Source of the DNA: Octopus sinensis
Taxonomy: Eukaryota
Direction: 5' to 3'
Length of the DNA: 64,000 nucleotides
Assembly: GCF_006345805.1 (NCBI RefSeq)
Contig: NC_043016.1
Location: 30,442,001 to 30,506,000 of the forward strand
The stretch's first letter is position 1. Each line of letters begins with the position of its first letter. Under the pieces are notes generated by a model that was given only the letters and a program-made list of their open reading frames with translations, was not told the origin of the DNA and did not search any database. The position numbers and the translations under genes were made by a program. Positions 14,326-30,207 of this stretch are shown here, piece after piece.

Positions 14326-17300
14326 CATACATGTGTGTGAATATATATACACCTGCATACAAACATACATACATACATACAATTAGTGGACTTCTTTAAT
14401 CTATACAATAAATCAATAGATTGAATGTTTTTGAGTTAGCAGATGTTGTTTAACCCTAGTTCTTCTCTCATGAAGTGAGCCTGTGATAGAGATATCCAGT
14501 CATGACCATCTCATCTTTGTATCCAGTTTATCTCATTTTATTTCATTTAGTGAATATTTTTTGCTCGATGTCTAGCAATACAGAACATCCTGAACTACCT
14601 TCACAACACTCTAAACTTCTAAACCACTGGACAATGCAGTGCCTTGAAGTCTATATAATATTTATTGGCAAATTACAGCATAGAAAAATTAGCCTTGGGT
14701 CCCTTGACCCCTGGGTAACATGCTCAACTGTCTGATATGTCCATGCCTTAACCCTTTTTATACCAACCTGTCTGAGATTCTTCCTGATTCTGTGATACAA
14801 ACTTCTTGTTGTAAAGAAATCCAAGTTAAAACTTTTCCATTAACATTTCATGTTAGTATGTATTTCAAACCCCAGCATAGTAACAACAAGAATATCTTAC
14901 TTAGTTCTTCATTATTTTCAAAATCAATTAAAACAAAGGAAGTGTGTTTCAATAAAAAGGTTAGAGAGATCTTAATCAAAGCCTTCCTTCAGAACTCCAC
15001 ATTAATTTTATGTTCCAAACATCAGCTTAATCAAGACAAAGTTATACTAAATTCTTCATTATTTTCAAAATTAATTAAAGTAAAGGCACTATATTTTGAC
15101 AAAATATAGGCAACTAAAGGGTTAAAACAACACCAAGTATCTCAATAGTTTCCTGGGATTCTATTGTAGCTTTCTTTAAAAAAAAACAAAAAAAATCTGT
15201 GATTTCAGGAAGATTTAAATTATTATTTTTTCATGTTATGTGAATGTTTATTCTCTACCTCTGTTTTTTTATTCTCTCTTGGAACTTCCCTCCTCATTTT
15301 AACTAGGATGTCTGGTATTTCTTGTCTTTTCTACATGAACGGCATAGCTTTCATCATAATTTCTTTTCAGTTTTAATTAGGTTTTTAACAAAGTATTGTG
15401 AAATTGCCTGACTAATTGCTATGTAAACTCCAAATCTGATTTGCTTAATTTGGACGATTAATTAATTATTTAATTCTGGGTGATTTTGAAACTTTAAAAT
15501 TATTTTTCAGAATATCGTTCAAAAGCTACAGGAAACCAAAAGAAAGCAACAAGAAGAAGCTGCTCAGAAAGACAGGTAAAAATATTTCATGGTGATTTAA
15601 ATGTTTGCTTGAGTTGTTCTCATCGTCATTTTCCTGATTAATTAGCCTAATCTTTCAAGATGTAATGATTTCCCTGTATTTATATTTCCACCATGTTTTA
15701 ATATGAGATCAAGCCAATCAAAGCATTGTTTTTTGTTTTGTTTATTTTTTTTGTAATTGTTGATGATGTTGATGCAATTTTTGTGTGTTTGATAGTCAAG
15801 ATAAAACTGAAGGATACAAAGACAATTATGACTTTTGTTGAGTCTAGGATTTGGGGTGGGAAAGAGATCAAAAGTATTTAGTGTGTCTGTGTGTTGGTTT
15901 GGAATGTGAGTAGGAGATGAAACAAATTGGTGTAAAGAGTTGGGAATAATGAAAGATTCAGCATCTGCACTGGCTGCATGATTGTGGTGTGAGTTTGAGA
16001 GCCATGAAGATTCATGAGCATTGAAGTTTCTAAGGATGATGTCTTCAGAGAGGGGAAATGTGAGATTTATATTCTCAAAACTGGAGGAAATGTAGTCAAA
16101 GAGTTGCTGGTGATTTGAGGTGTTCAGAGAACAATAGAGAGAGCGGATATATTTGAAAGAATGAAGGAGGAAGACTGTGAACCCAGGTAACTGGGTTTTC
16201 TGCATGTTTAATGCTCCTGTGCACCTACCACACATGAAGGCTGTCTTTGCTGTTCGATTATCAGTGATTTCACTACACTTCCTGTGTGTGATTAATATAA
16301 TTTTGTGCCAGGGTCATTATATGACAATGTTACTGAGTCCCCCTTCGGTCATGACTGACTGTGGGATTGCACCTAGAAAGTTACCCTCCCAGGTATAAGT
16401 CTGGGCAAGATTGTTTATGGAAGACCAGCAGTTGGCCATGCATACAGGCCTCCCCTTTCCACGCTACCGGTGTTATCCAAGGGAAAGGCAAGGGCCGATA
16501 CAGCTTGGCACCTGTGACATCGCAACTCATTTCTACAGCTGAGTGAACAGGAGCAACGTGAAATAAAGTGTCTTGCTCAAGAACACAACATGCAGCCTGG
16601 TCCTAGATTCGAACTCACAACCTCACGATCGTAAGCTCGACGTTCTAACCACTGAGCCATGTGCCTTCACATATGACAATAGCAACACAAATATCCAGAA
16701 GTTACAGTAACCTAGGAGTGACAATTAGTTTCAAAAGCCATTGTATAGAGTGGAAATTGATAAAAATAATGATTGTTATCATCATTATTTAATCCTTTAG
16801 CATTTAATCTGGTCATATCCAACCCAAATATTCTAGCCATTTTTTATGTCCAGACTGGTTAGATTTGGATTATCACACCTACCCTGCAATGTCATTCTAA
16901 AAGTAAGTAAATAACTACACCACCAAAATCTTGAAGCTACAAAATACTACATGATTAAATGAAAACAATTTGAATAGTTGGTGTTTGTTAATGCAGCATC
17001 AGCATATTAAACAAGATGTCTAATGCTTCACATGAACGCGCTCTCTCCTTCTCCTCATCATTGTCATCTTCTTTTTTCACTTTTCTCTTAGTCTATGTTT
17101 GTTTGACACACCGTCAAGTCAATCAGTTGGTTGATTTGTCACCCTGTTGGCTTGTGTTGATGAGACCAATACAACGCTGCCAAACCCATAAACATAATAC
17201 AAACTAAAGAGTAAAAGGGTAAAGGCCCCCTTTGGTCATGAATGACTGGGATTGCACCCAGAAAGTTCCCTTCTGAGGCACCAAGTCTGGGCAAGGTTGT

Positions 17301-19938
17301 TTATGGAAGACAAGCAGTCACCCATGCATGACCCCCATCCCGCCACACCCGTGATGTTATTCAAAGGAAAGGCAAAGGTTGATGCAGCTTGGCACCAGTT
17401 ACACTGCAACTCATTTCTATAGCTGTGTGAAATGAAGCAACATGAAATAAAGTGTCTTGCTCAAGAACACAACACGCAGCCCAGTCTGGGAATTAAACTA
17501 ACTGCCTTTAACCACTGATCCATGCACCTTCACAAATTAATAGATCACATAAAAGGGTATATTCCCCCACCCCTTTAAAATTTGTCTGCAGTACTTTGCC
17601 TGTATTTACATTTAGACAGACCATACCATTTGATAGGTAAATGGACATAGTGCTGTACTGTTGACTGAATCTAAACTACTAACTTGTCACAGGTTGTTTA
17701 ATATTCTGTCAGTTCACTTACTCAAAACTTTAGTCTGTCTGTAGAAATTATTTACTGTCAAACATGCTTAAATTTCTTTAAAAATACATCTGCTTTTGCT
17801 CTTATAGTTTTTTTACATTTGCTTCCCTTCCACCACCACCACCACTGTTTTATTTTAATAGAGAACAAAAGTTGGAACAGTTGAGAGAGGAGCTACAAAA
17901 GTCACAATTACAGAGCGAAGTGTTTTCATCAATGTTAAAGGAATGTCAGTACAAGAAACATTTTGCAAACATTGACAAATATGAGACTGCTGTGACCAAC
18001 CTGAACACAATGGCTAACGATCTCCTTACACATGCAGAAAGCTCAGGAAATGTTACTGCCGAAGATTTTGTTAAGGCAGCCAACATATTTGAGGAACTAC
18101 AAAACGTTAACAAAATTGTAAAACTGAATGTTGGTAAGTAGTTTTATTCTTCTCTTCACCTTGTATCATGCATATATCATCATCATCATTTTAATGTCCA
18201 CTTGTCCATGCTGGCATGGGTCATACTAAACTTGTTGAAGCAAATTTTCTACAGCCAGATACCCTTCCTGTTTACAAACAAAGGCGTCAATAGAAACTCT
18301 GTAAGATGCACCCAGTGTAAGCTTTGGACACATAAAAGGTGCAACAATATCAGAGGAAGGTTAACAGGGAAACTAGCTTTTGTGTGTGGCAGACGCACAG
18401 GTACAATAAACACTGAAAGTGGGCAGAAAATAGATCCTATCAACTGCCAGCAGGGAAAGGCTAGAGGTAGTAGATGGCTTCTGTTATCTAGGTAAAAAAG
18501 TTAGTAGTGGAGGTGAATGCTCCAAGAGTGTAACTATGAGAATAAGATTAGGTTGGGCAAATTTCAGAGAGCTCCTACCCCTACTGGCAACAAAGAGCCT
18601 CTCTCTCAGAGTGAAAGGCAGATTGTTTGATGCTTGTGTGCTAACAGATATGCTGCATGGCAGTGAAACATGGACTGTGACAGCCAAGGACATGCACAGG
18701 CTTGAAAGAAATGAAGCCAGTATACTTCGCTGGATGTGCAGTGTTAGTGTGCATGTTGAACAGAGTGTAAGCATCTTGAAAGCAAAGTTAGGCATAAGAG
18801 GCATCAGATGTGGTGTGCAAGAGAGACAGCTGTTTAAAGAAGTGCTGATCTCTAACTGTGGAAGGAACCTGTGGTAGAAGTAGACACAGGAAGACATGGA
18901 ACAAGGTGGTGAAGCATGATTTTCGAACTTTGAATCTCACAGAGGCAATGCCTAGTGACCAAGACCTTTGGCAATGCGCTGTGCTTGAGAGGACCCGTCA
19001 ATCCAAGAGCACCCATGCTGGTGAACACCTTTCAAGCGTTGGGCCTCACAGAGGCAATGACCAAGACCTTTGGCATTATGTTGCTGTAGAAGAGGTACAA
19101 GTTTACCCAACTGGAGAGAGAGAGAGAGAGATCAGGAATGAAGACAGAAACAGGTGTTTATTGCACATAAATTTCAACAATAATATCTTATATGAGCCTG
19201 CTAGGGCCATATAAACCCCTGTTGAGAACTATTGTAGACAGTGAGCTGATTTAAAGTATTTCTTATCTATTTAGAAACAGCAAACCAAAAAGGAAAAGAG
19301 GAGGAAGAATCATTAAAAGCTCAACAACAAGTGACAGTATCACATGAAAAAGTAACGAATGAACAGGTGCCTCCCACAGTAAGTACATACCTATGATATT
19401 TCTGTTATGCAGTTCATGTATCATAATCTCATTATTTAACATAGTCCTTTGTTGTTAGCACCGGCAGTGGTAATGGTATTGTGGTTCAGGAGAGCAGTGT
19501 TTGACAAGAAGTAAAATGTTATTAGCACTAGTGCATGACCTGTTGTTGTATGCCAGATCAAACTACATATTAGTTTTTTTACATTATATACCACAGACAG
19601 GTAATTTTGACAATCAAACAATGGCTGTGTATACAATATTTTTAGTAAATTTATCATTTTCATAATAGGGGTGTCTGTGAGCCCCACTTTCTGCACATTC
19701 TTCACTCATGACAACTCTTTTACTTGTTTCAGTCATTTGACTGTGGCCATGCTGGAGCACCACCTTTAGTCGAGCAAATCGACCCCAGAACTTATTCTTT
19801 GTGAGCCTAGTACTTATTCTAACGATCTCTTTTGCCGAACTGCTAAGTTACGGGGACGTAAACACTCCACCATCGGTTGTCAAGCGCTGTTGGGGCGACA
19901 AACATATACACACACATACACACATACATACATATATA

Positions 19939-19987
<49 letters not shown>

Positions 19988-21891
19988 ATATATACACATA
20001 CATACGACGGGCTTCTTTCAGTTTCCGTCTACCAAATCCACTCACAAGGCTTTGGTCAGCCCCAACGCTTATAGTAGAAGACACTTGCCCAAGGTGTCAT
20101 GCAGTGGGACTGCGTCCAGAACCATGTGGTTAGTAAGCAAGCTACTTACCACACAGCCATTCCTACACCTATAACTGTTTGATAATAACATTTTTATTTT
20201 AAAATGGCTGGAAGAAAATAATCATTTATGTATTTTCTGAAATTATTGAATAGAAGAAACAGAAATGGGGGCAGTGCATGTGAGTTGTCTAGATTACTTG
20301 TGTATTGCAGGTCTGAGATCGCTTGTTTATATGGTAGGTGGGGTGATGAAAATTTCCTGGCTTTATGGGTATTGCAAAAGACTTGGTTGGACACCCAACC
20401 TTCCAAGTTCTTTTACAGGAATTAGAAAAACTGAAGACCTACTGCAATAAGTGTGTGAATCTGGGAGGGGAATATATTGAATAAAATCATAATCAATTGA
20501 TCCTCTTGTATTTTCTTTTACCCAAAGCTAGGAACTTTTCATCCACCCCCCCATCCAATCTTGTATGTGAAGGTCTATTCCAACAGTTTTCAAACTGACA
20601 AATACTAAAGACCCCACTGCCTCCATCCACAAAAACAAAATAGTAGACCTGGGAAGATGCGGGATGAAGTGAGGAAATATGATCTTCGGATGCTGAGTCT
20701 CACAGAGCCAGTGACCAAGACTTTTGGCAATTTGTTGCGTTTAAGAAGACATGTCAAGCTAAATGAAATCATAGTCATGGTCAGTGCCAGTGACTGTAAA
20801 AGGCACCGAGTACACTCTGTAGAGTGGTTGGCATTGGAAAGGGCATCCAGCTGGAGGAACCAATCCAAAACTAACTGGTGCAGTTCCAGTCAAATCATCT
20901 TACTCATACCAGCATGGAAAACAGATGCTAAATGATGATGACGATGATGATGATGATGATGAATTACCTACATCACCCGCCACCACCACCATCTTTTATT
21001 AATGAGAATAAAAATGGAATTTTCAAACATTTAACTTTGCTCTTTGGCCATGGTTTTGATCAAGTTTAACAATTTCATAACCCTTTGTTTTCAATTATCT
21101 ATATATGGGCCCCTTCTGTGAGAAACTCTGGTCTTGTCCACAATGACTACACATATTCTGCCGCTGACAAGTGTAAGACCAGTTCTGTCATTCTGAGTTG
21201 TTTGGGAACTTGCATCCACACTGAGAATCCGTTAAATTTTGTATAATATTTTCCGTTGTACTCACTTTGGCTCGCATGCTATTATGTAAGAGTGAATGCC
21301 AGACCATGGTCTGGTAGCATACCAAGATATCTGAGATTCTGGCAATGTTCCATTTTTGTTACTTGTTTCCTTGTTGTTTAGATGCAATGCAGGAACTTGT
21401 GTTTTTCATTTGCCATAATAACAATTAGATCATTGTCTTTATAGATAATAACTAAGATTGTTTACAGTGGTACTCAAAGTTGTTTTCATAGCCTTGAATA
21501 GTGTACTATGCAAAAACAAATCATCTATAGAGATAAAATTGTTTGGTATTACCATCTTCCAGTCGATCATTTTTAGTAGAGATGCTGAACAGGCATGACT
21601 GTTTTCCTCTTTTTAAGCTTGGTACTTCTTCTATCAATCTCTTTTGCCAAACCACTAAGTTAGGAGATGTAAACACATCAACAACGGTTGTCAAACAGTT
21701 GGCAGGGGTAGCGGGAGGCGATTTTTTTCCTCTGTCTTCCCTTCTCGGGATCTTTCTCCTATGTTTCCGACGAAGAGCTCCGCTCAAAACGTTAAACCCT
21801 CCTTCTTCCCTTCTTTCCTGAGCGTCCATAATACTTTATTTGTTCCACGTCCTCTCGTTGTTGTGTTTTTTTTGTGTTTTCTTGTTTGGAT

Positions 21892-21939
<48 letters not shown>

Positions 21940-22060
21940 ACAGGCTTCTCACAAGGCTTTGGTTGACTCAAGGCTACAGTAAAAATCACTTGCCCTAGGT
22001 GTCATGCGGTGGACTGAGCCCAGAACTGTGTGGCTGGGAAGCAAGCTTCTTACCACACAG

Positions 22061-22101
<41 letters not shown>

Positions 22102-22764
22102 TTAAGTATTATACAAAACTGACCAAATTGTCTGCATTAACCTAAGTTTCATTCTCTAAACTTCTCTCTGTTATCTTATAATATGAACTACAAATTATAT
22201 CTCTTCACCTCATTTATCTATACTGCAAGTGATTGCCAGCTCAAAACACATCTATTTGTTGGATTTCTTTATACTGGTACTTTAACTGTAAAACTCCACT
22301 TGTCAGAATATTGGTCAGTCACAAGTTGACTGTTTAAATTAGCCTAACAGAACAATTGTTGTAAATTTAAACACTATTCATCTTGTTTTTATTTTATACA
22401 TACACACATACACACATACACACACACACACATATTTATTTATTTATTATTCCTGAACAATAATGTTGTTCACAGTCAATAATATTAACAATACTCTTGT
22501 TTAACAATAATAAATTTCTGCTGTGTCTGGGGGGGGGAGTCATTCTCTTTTAGTGCCTTATAATTTTACCGGTGAGTGTGTTAAATTATAAGGCACTAAA
22601 AGAGAGTGACTCTCCCCAGACACAACAGAATATGCTTCAACACACAAACTCACATAAAGGATCTTGTAAACCAAATCCCAAAACGAAATAATAAATTTGT
22701 ATCCTGCAAAAGTATGGAGTAACCTTTCAGACTCATGTAAAATTGTTTTTATTATAATTGAACA

Positions 22765-22806
<42 letters not shown>

Positions 22807-22974
22807 TAGTGTCATATTGGCAATTTCTACATCTATTTTCTCACCTACTTCAAAAATTATTTTGTTGATTGTTGGTTATGGGTTGTATTTCTATTTTTCT
22901 TTTCAGGAACCTTCAGTAAAACCACAAGACTCAGAAGAAAGTGCTAAGGCCAAAGGTCTGATATTCTATAGCAA

Positions 22975-23015
<41 letters not shown>

Positions 23016-23330
23016 GTCTTTCGTCTTTTAATATATAAAAAATCACTAGTATTATTTTACTCCAAGAAGGGACAAAAATTCTTAGATCGGTATATATTTA
23101 TGTACATTAATGTGTGTGTGTGTGTGTGTGTAAAGGCTAAGTGAAGTCAAAATATATTTAGAGATGTGTCAAACATATTTATCAATATCAAAGTAAACAA
23201 TAAAATGACCGTCATATAAATAAATATTATATTATAAAATTAAGGGTTTATAAGATTTGTAATGAAGCATATAGGTAATAATTGATTATTACTTATTATG
23301 TATATACTCGTATGTGTGTGTGGGTGTAAG

Positions 23331-23361
<31 letters not shown>

Positions 23362-23364
23362 ATC

Positions 23365-23406
<42 letters not shown>

Positions 23407-26400
23407 CATCATATATATATAATATATATATATAACTATTTTTTCTCTTTTTAGTACTGAAGTTCTTCTCTCAATGTATTGATCCTGCGATTCTCAAAGA
23501 ATATTTACGCTTAAAGAATAAACTGAAAGAAGTGGAAGAAACTCTTGAACCATTCCTAAAAAATCCTCAGGTATGTTGCACCGTTTTCATACTTTTTTTT
23601 TTCTACAACTTCAGTTCTTTAAATTTGTAACATGATGAGTTTTCAGAGTATAAACCTTGCCATATATATATATATTTTTTTTTTTTATCTAATTAAAACA
23701 ATAGTTCATTCTTTGATAATTCAAAAATTATAAATTTATGAACAAAAACTCATTACTTCAGTATTTACACTTTTTATAGAATTTTAAATATATGAAAGTG
23801 TATTTCGTCTGCCGTTACGTTCTGAGTTCAAATTCTGCCGAGGTCGACTTTGCCTTTCATCCTTTCGGGGTCAATAAATAAAGTACCATTTACGCACTGG
23901 GGTCGATGTAGTTGATTTAATCCCTTTGTCTGTCTTTGTTTGTCTCCTCTATGTTTAGCCCCTTGTGGGCAATAAAGAAATATATACATATATATATATA
24001 TATATATACATATACACGTGTGAATGCACACACACACACGTATATATATAGAGAGAGAACAGGAATTAATTTTCTCTCTTTGCTCCTCTGCGCCACATGG
24101 GTTCAACTCCCCTCCCCTCTTCATCTGACTCCCCTTCTCTCTTCATCTGACACATACTTCCTCTCTTCATTCTTACCCACCTCTCCTCTCATCTCTTGCC
24201 CTGACACCTACATCCTCTCTTCACTCCTACCCACCTTCTCCCTTCATTGATACCCTTCCACCCAAACCCACACATCTTACTCCCACATACCTCACCCCTA
24301 CCTCCACACCCCACCCTCACATCCCCACACCACTATACCACATTACACCACTCCACACACACTAGCACTGAACACTTCCCAGCACCCACATATGCATATA
24401 CACACCTACACATTACAGACATACACTTATGCACACATCCACATGTCAAAGTCACTAGCCCCTATCCACACACACACACACTTACTCTCACATACATACA
24501 TGCATGCATACCTTCATTTTTGGATCACTAGTACTTTATTATCTCCCCTTTTTCCTAGCTTTCCTGTCCAACTACCTTTTATCAACCAGTCGCCATGATT
24601 GACTGCTAAATCCACAAGTATTTTTCATTCTCTCTCTCTGTTTATTTCCTCATGTTCCTTTCTGTTAAAGAGCGTAGGCTCAAAACTTAAATGACTTTCA
24701 CACCTTTCCAGGCCTCAAACTAATATACTTGCTTGTTGTTTATACACCTGTCTTCGTCTTTTGTTTTTCTGTAAATTTCAACTATATATATATATATACT
24801 TCACTCTTGGAGTGTAGTATATATACATGCATGCATACATACAGACATACAGACAGACAGACAGACAGACAGAGTAGCTATGGCTGTGTGCTTAAGAAGT
24901 TTGCTCTCCTGCCATATGGTAGTGGTTTCAGCCCCCAGAACTCCCAAGCCTGATGAAGTCTTTATAAGTAGTTTTGAAACTGAAAGAAGCATGTCAAATA
25001 TATAAATATGTGTGTATATATATATGCTTGCACTGAAGATTAAAAAGTGGATTTTGTGTACTAATTATGAAATCATATGATATGCAGCTGAATTCTGTTT
25101 TTGAAATGTTCGCTTCGAATGTTGCATTCCCTCGAGTTTGGTACAATGTGTCTATTTATTATGGTAGTTTTGACTTTAAGAGTCCCTCTTAGTGTGAGGT
25201 ATTTATGTATAGTAATGTCCTTAATATAAGTAAATACATTTAAGAGGATATTGATGGATTTTCCCCTTATGAGGTTTTTCACGCTACTACTTGATAAATT
25301 CTTATAAAGATTTTATCCTATTTTTCAGTTGTATATATATATATTAGTTGGTGATAGGTACTTTTTTTCCATATAATATATAATATAATCTATATATATA
25401 TATATATATATATAATATTAGTTGGTGACAGGAAGAGCATCCAGCCATCGAAAATCTACCTCAATAACTCAGACCAACCCTTGCAAGCATGTAAAAGTAG
25501 ATGTTAAAACAGTAATGGTAGCAGCAATACAATATAAGCTCCTATTCATGCTAACAATCATTATGGCAACTAATTAAAATATCTTTGTAATTCATTATAT
25601 TTTTTGTTATTTCTTGTGTTTTGATTCGTGACATGGCATTTGACTGTCACTTTGTCACCGAAACTAAACAATGGAATATCAAGCTAAGAGTCTTTGTATT
25701 GTCACTTAACTCAAAGAAATAGCTAAATTACCCTCCAGTTTGCTGCCTCTTCTTGAGAGGGGCTGAGATACGTCCTAAATATACCGAGACTGGAAAAAAA
25801 TAAGCAATGACTTGCCTGTTCATAACAGGAATGTATTTGATCCTAAATCTGCTTGGTAACCTCTTACCTGTGGTTAAAACAGCAATGGGATTTCAGCCTT
25901 TGGGATCTTGTAAATAACATTTTGCTTCAGAAACCATTATATCTAAAAGGAGTGCCTGAAATTACCAAGTATGACCATCATCATTATCAGTTAGTATTGT
26001 ACATTGGGTTATCAGGAGGAGAATAAGGTGTTAGAGAGTACAGGAAGTAGGTAAACTGTTTGAGTATAAGAGGTGAATAAGGCGGTGAGCTGGCAAAATC
26101 GTTAGCACGCTGAGCGAAATGCTTAGCAGTATTTCGTCTGCCGTTATGTTCTGAGTTCAAATTCAGCTGAGGTCGACTTTGCCTTTCATCCTTTTGGGGG
26201 TCAATAAATAAAGTACCAGTTACGCACTGGGATCAATGTAATTGACTTAATCACTTTGTCTGTCCTTGTTTGTCCCCTCTATGTTTAGCCCCTTGTGGGC
26301 AATAAAGAAATGAGGTTTAAAGAGTACAGAAAGTGGGTAAGATGATAAAAAAAAGTACAGTAAGTTAGGAAGGTGCTAAAGCACGGAAAGTGAGTGACAT

Positions 26401-29400
26401 ATTAAAGTACACAAAGTTAGTAAAGATGTTAGAGTGCATGACGTGGATAATGTGTTAGAGTACAGAATGTGAGTGGAATGTTTGAGTACTAGAAGTGGGT
26501 ACAATGTTACAGTACAGAGATTTTCTCTCTCCTCCTTCCATTATCCTATTTATCCTAAGGTACTTGTACCCTTCATTATTTCTCAGCGATCTAATGATAT
26601 CTGGTAATTTTATAACATCAGAGTTTGTCTTTCAGTTTCTTTTCATAATTAATGCTGCACACTTTTTATCCAAATTGCATACCAATCATCATCATCATCA
26701 TCATCCCTGGTAAATAATCATCCTTGGTAAATAATCCATTTGGATAAGGGAGTCTAGGATTTTGGGTGGCTGGGGGGTTTGTATACAGTTTGAGGTCATC
26801 CATATACTGTAGGTTTAAGCAAATTCATAGGGAAGGCCTGTATTTTCTCAATATCTTTGTTAAAGGGATTAATGCAATGATGAAAAGTAAAGGAGAGAGT
26901 GAGTCTCCCTGGAGTATCCCCCTTTGTATTTTCACATTTCCTAATGATTCACATTTGTTTTACTTCCATTGCTCTAATTGTTTCTTATTTCTAAAAAAAA
27001 ACACAGTTTATCTTCTCATTGACTTTGAGTGTCCCCAGACATTCCATGAGCCAGCAGTGTAGAACATCGTCATAAACTTTTTGAAGTCTATCTGTCCAAT
27101 AGCTATATTTTTTTGCTTCTTATTCGTATCACATTTAGTGTCCTACTATCATTATGCATCAGATCAGCATTTTCCCTTGACTTCTTTATGCATTCTTTTT
27201 GCTCCTCTGGCAATAAATTCTCCTTCTCCACAAAGCTATGCTCTTCATTTGCTTTGAAGTTAGTTAATAGTTTCCAGTCAGCACATATTAGGTCTATAAC
27301 AACTGACTTTACCTCTGTTTTTATTGTTTTTCGATATTAGCACAGCCTTTCCTTTTCTCATCTATGTTGGTGATTCCATTTTGTATGCAATCAGTAAGAA
27401 GCTGTTGTAAAAAGCTGTTCAAGTTCTAGAAATTTTTGAGTCAGAACCCTTCTGATCCAGGAGCTTTCTAATTTGATATTTTCTGAAGCATCTTTTTCAC
27501 CCTCTTATCTGTAATATTTATATTTTCTTGTTTTAACCTGTTTTCCGTTTCAGCATAACATGGAAGTGAACCAGTCCACTTCCATATTATGTTGACCCTC
27601 TTCACTTCAGATATCTGACCAAAAGGTATTTGTTGCTTCTGAGTCTGGTACATACATTATTCCCCTGATATTCTTCTTCATTGTTCAGTTGTTGGTAAAA
27701 TTCCTTCTCATTGTTTCTGAAGAGCCTGATCTGCTGGTATTTAAAAAAATGTTTTTATTTATTTTTGTCCTTTATTTTTTATTTGTTTCAGTCATTTGAC
27801 TGCAGCCATGCTGGAGCACTACCTTGAAGTGTTTCAGTTCAACAAATCAGCCCCAGGACTTATATTCTTAAGCCTGGTACTTATTCTATCAGTCTCTTTT
27901 GCCAAACTGTTAAGTTACAGGGGTATAAACACACCAACACCAGTTGTCAAGTGGTAGTGGGGGGACAAACACAGTCACAGACACAAAGACATACACACAG
28001 ACACACACATGTATACAATGGACTTCTTTCAGTTTCCACCTACCAAATCCACTCACAAGGCTTTGGTTGGCCCACGGCTATAGTTGAAGACATATGCCCT
28101 TGGTGTCACACAGTGGGACCGAACCCAGAACCAAGCTTCTTACCACACAGCAACACATGTACCTACTATTGATATCTTTCTTTTCTTTTAACTGACACTG
28201 CTTTAATTTTTTTTTTTTGTGTCTTGTCTCTTCTTTAAATACCCTTACAATCCTTTGTGTCTTTCATACTTTCTTTGAAGGTTGTTGCTGTCTTCCCTTC
28301 TCTATCCTCTTTCCATTGCTCTCATTTATCTGTTCAAGATTTCTATAGAACCATTTAATTTGATTCTCAAATCTTAGTTTCCATCGCGTGTCTTTCTTTT
28401 TCCCTCAATTTTTTTTTTAATGCCATGAACTTCCACAACATTAGAGGGTGCTCAGTATACAAGGTCATTTAGATTTGGTATATTTTCAACAGATTTTTGT
28501 TAATATAATAACATGTTGTGGCAGCAAGTGGAATTGGAATTGAAGGCATGCAACCTAGTATGATGTAGGTTACCATGTACTCCAATTTATAATATATGTA
28601 TTTAAAATTATAATAATCATCTAAAAATAAATTAATTAAATGAAAAATAAATGAATAAGACATGATATACATATCAATTTAACACAATGTTTGCCATATC
28701 TGGATTAGTTTCAAAACTTTATAATGCTAAAATTTATTTATTTATATGCTATAACTCATTCCCTTTTTTTTTTCTTTCAGTTAAAAGAATATGTGTTTAG
28801 TATTCGTAAAGCAGCCAATACGCTAATTAATGCCATTTCACCTGTCAGTGGAACCCACTTGAAGGATAAACTAACCAAATTAACGATGCTTGTTCAGGGA
28901 CAAACAATTGAGGTTTCCAATAAGCATATTTCTACAAAAGAACAACCCGAAGGAATCACTTATGCTATATTCTTTATTGCAAAAATGATAGTTGTAAGTA
29001 CATGTTTCATTTTCTGATAAACATTTATATAATATTTTTTGTGTGTGTGTGTGTGATAAGAAATTTGCTTCTTACTACTCAGGCTGCGAGCTGGCAGAAA
29101 CATTAGCACGCCGGGTGAAATACTTGGTTGTATTTCGTCTGCCACTATGTTCTCAGTTCAAATTCCGCCGAAGTCGACTTTGCCTTTCATCCTTTCGGGG
29201 TCAACAAATTAAGTATCCCAGTTACGCACTGGGGTCGATGTAATTGACTTAATCCATTTGTCTGTACTTGTTTGTCTCCTCTGTGTTTAGCCCCTTGTGG
29301 GCAATAAAGAAATAAGAAGTTTGCTTGCTTTCCAACCACATGCTTCTGGGTTCAGTTCTCACTACATGGCACTTTGGACAAGTGTCTTCTACTACAACAG

Positions 29401-30159
29401 TGCCTTGTGAATAGATGGGTAGATGGAAGCTGTGTGTATGTGTGTATGCGTGCATACATGCATGTGTGTTTGTTTCCCCACCACCACTTAACAACTGGTG
29501 TTGGTGTGTTTACATCCCTGTAACCTAGCAGTTAGTACTGGAGTCAATTTGTTCAATTAAAATTCTTCAAATTCCAGGTGGTGCTCCACATTGTCCACAC
29601 TCTAATGACTGGAACAAGTAAAAAATAAAAGATGATAAAGAGTAAAGATATTTTTTTATTCTTTAACTTGTTTCAGTCATTTAACTGCGGCCATGCTGGA
29701 GCACCACCATAAAGGGTTTTCTAGTCGAAAAAATCAACCCCAGGATGTATTCTTTGTAAGCCTAGTACTTATTATGTCACTTTTGCCGAGTTGCTAAGTT
29801 ACAGGTACATAAACACACCTAGATTGGTGTCAAGCAATGGTGCAGAGGACAAACGCACACACACAGACATATATATATGTGTATGTGTGGAGGCACGTGG
29901 CTTAGTGGTTAGGGTTTCAACATCATGATCGTAAGATTGTGGTTGTGATTCCTGGACTGGGCAATGCATTGTGTTCTTGAGCAAAACACTTTATTTCACG
30001 TTGCTCCAGTCCATTCAGCTGGTAAAAATGAGTAACACTGCGATGGACCGGTGTCCCGTCCAGCTGGGGAACACATACGCCATTGAAACCGGGAAACTGG
30101 GCCCATGAGCCTGGCTAGGTTTTAAAAGGGCACATTTATTTTTTATTATTATTATTGTT

Positions 30160-30207
<48 letters not shown>

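Noticed and set aside
20250-20450. Possible Tc1 transposase remnant (LCIAGLRSLVYMVGGVMK)
   Set aside because: Similarity is too short and weak to call without a search
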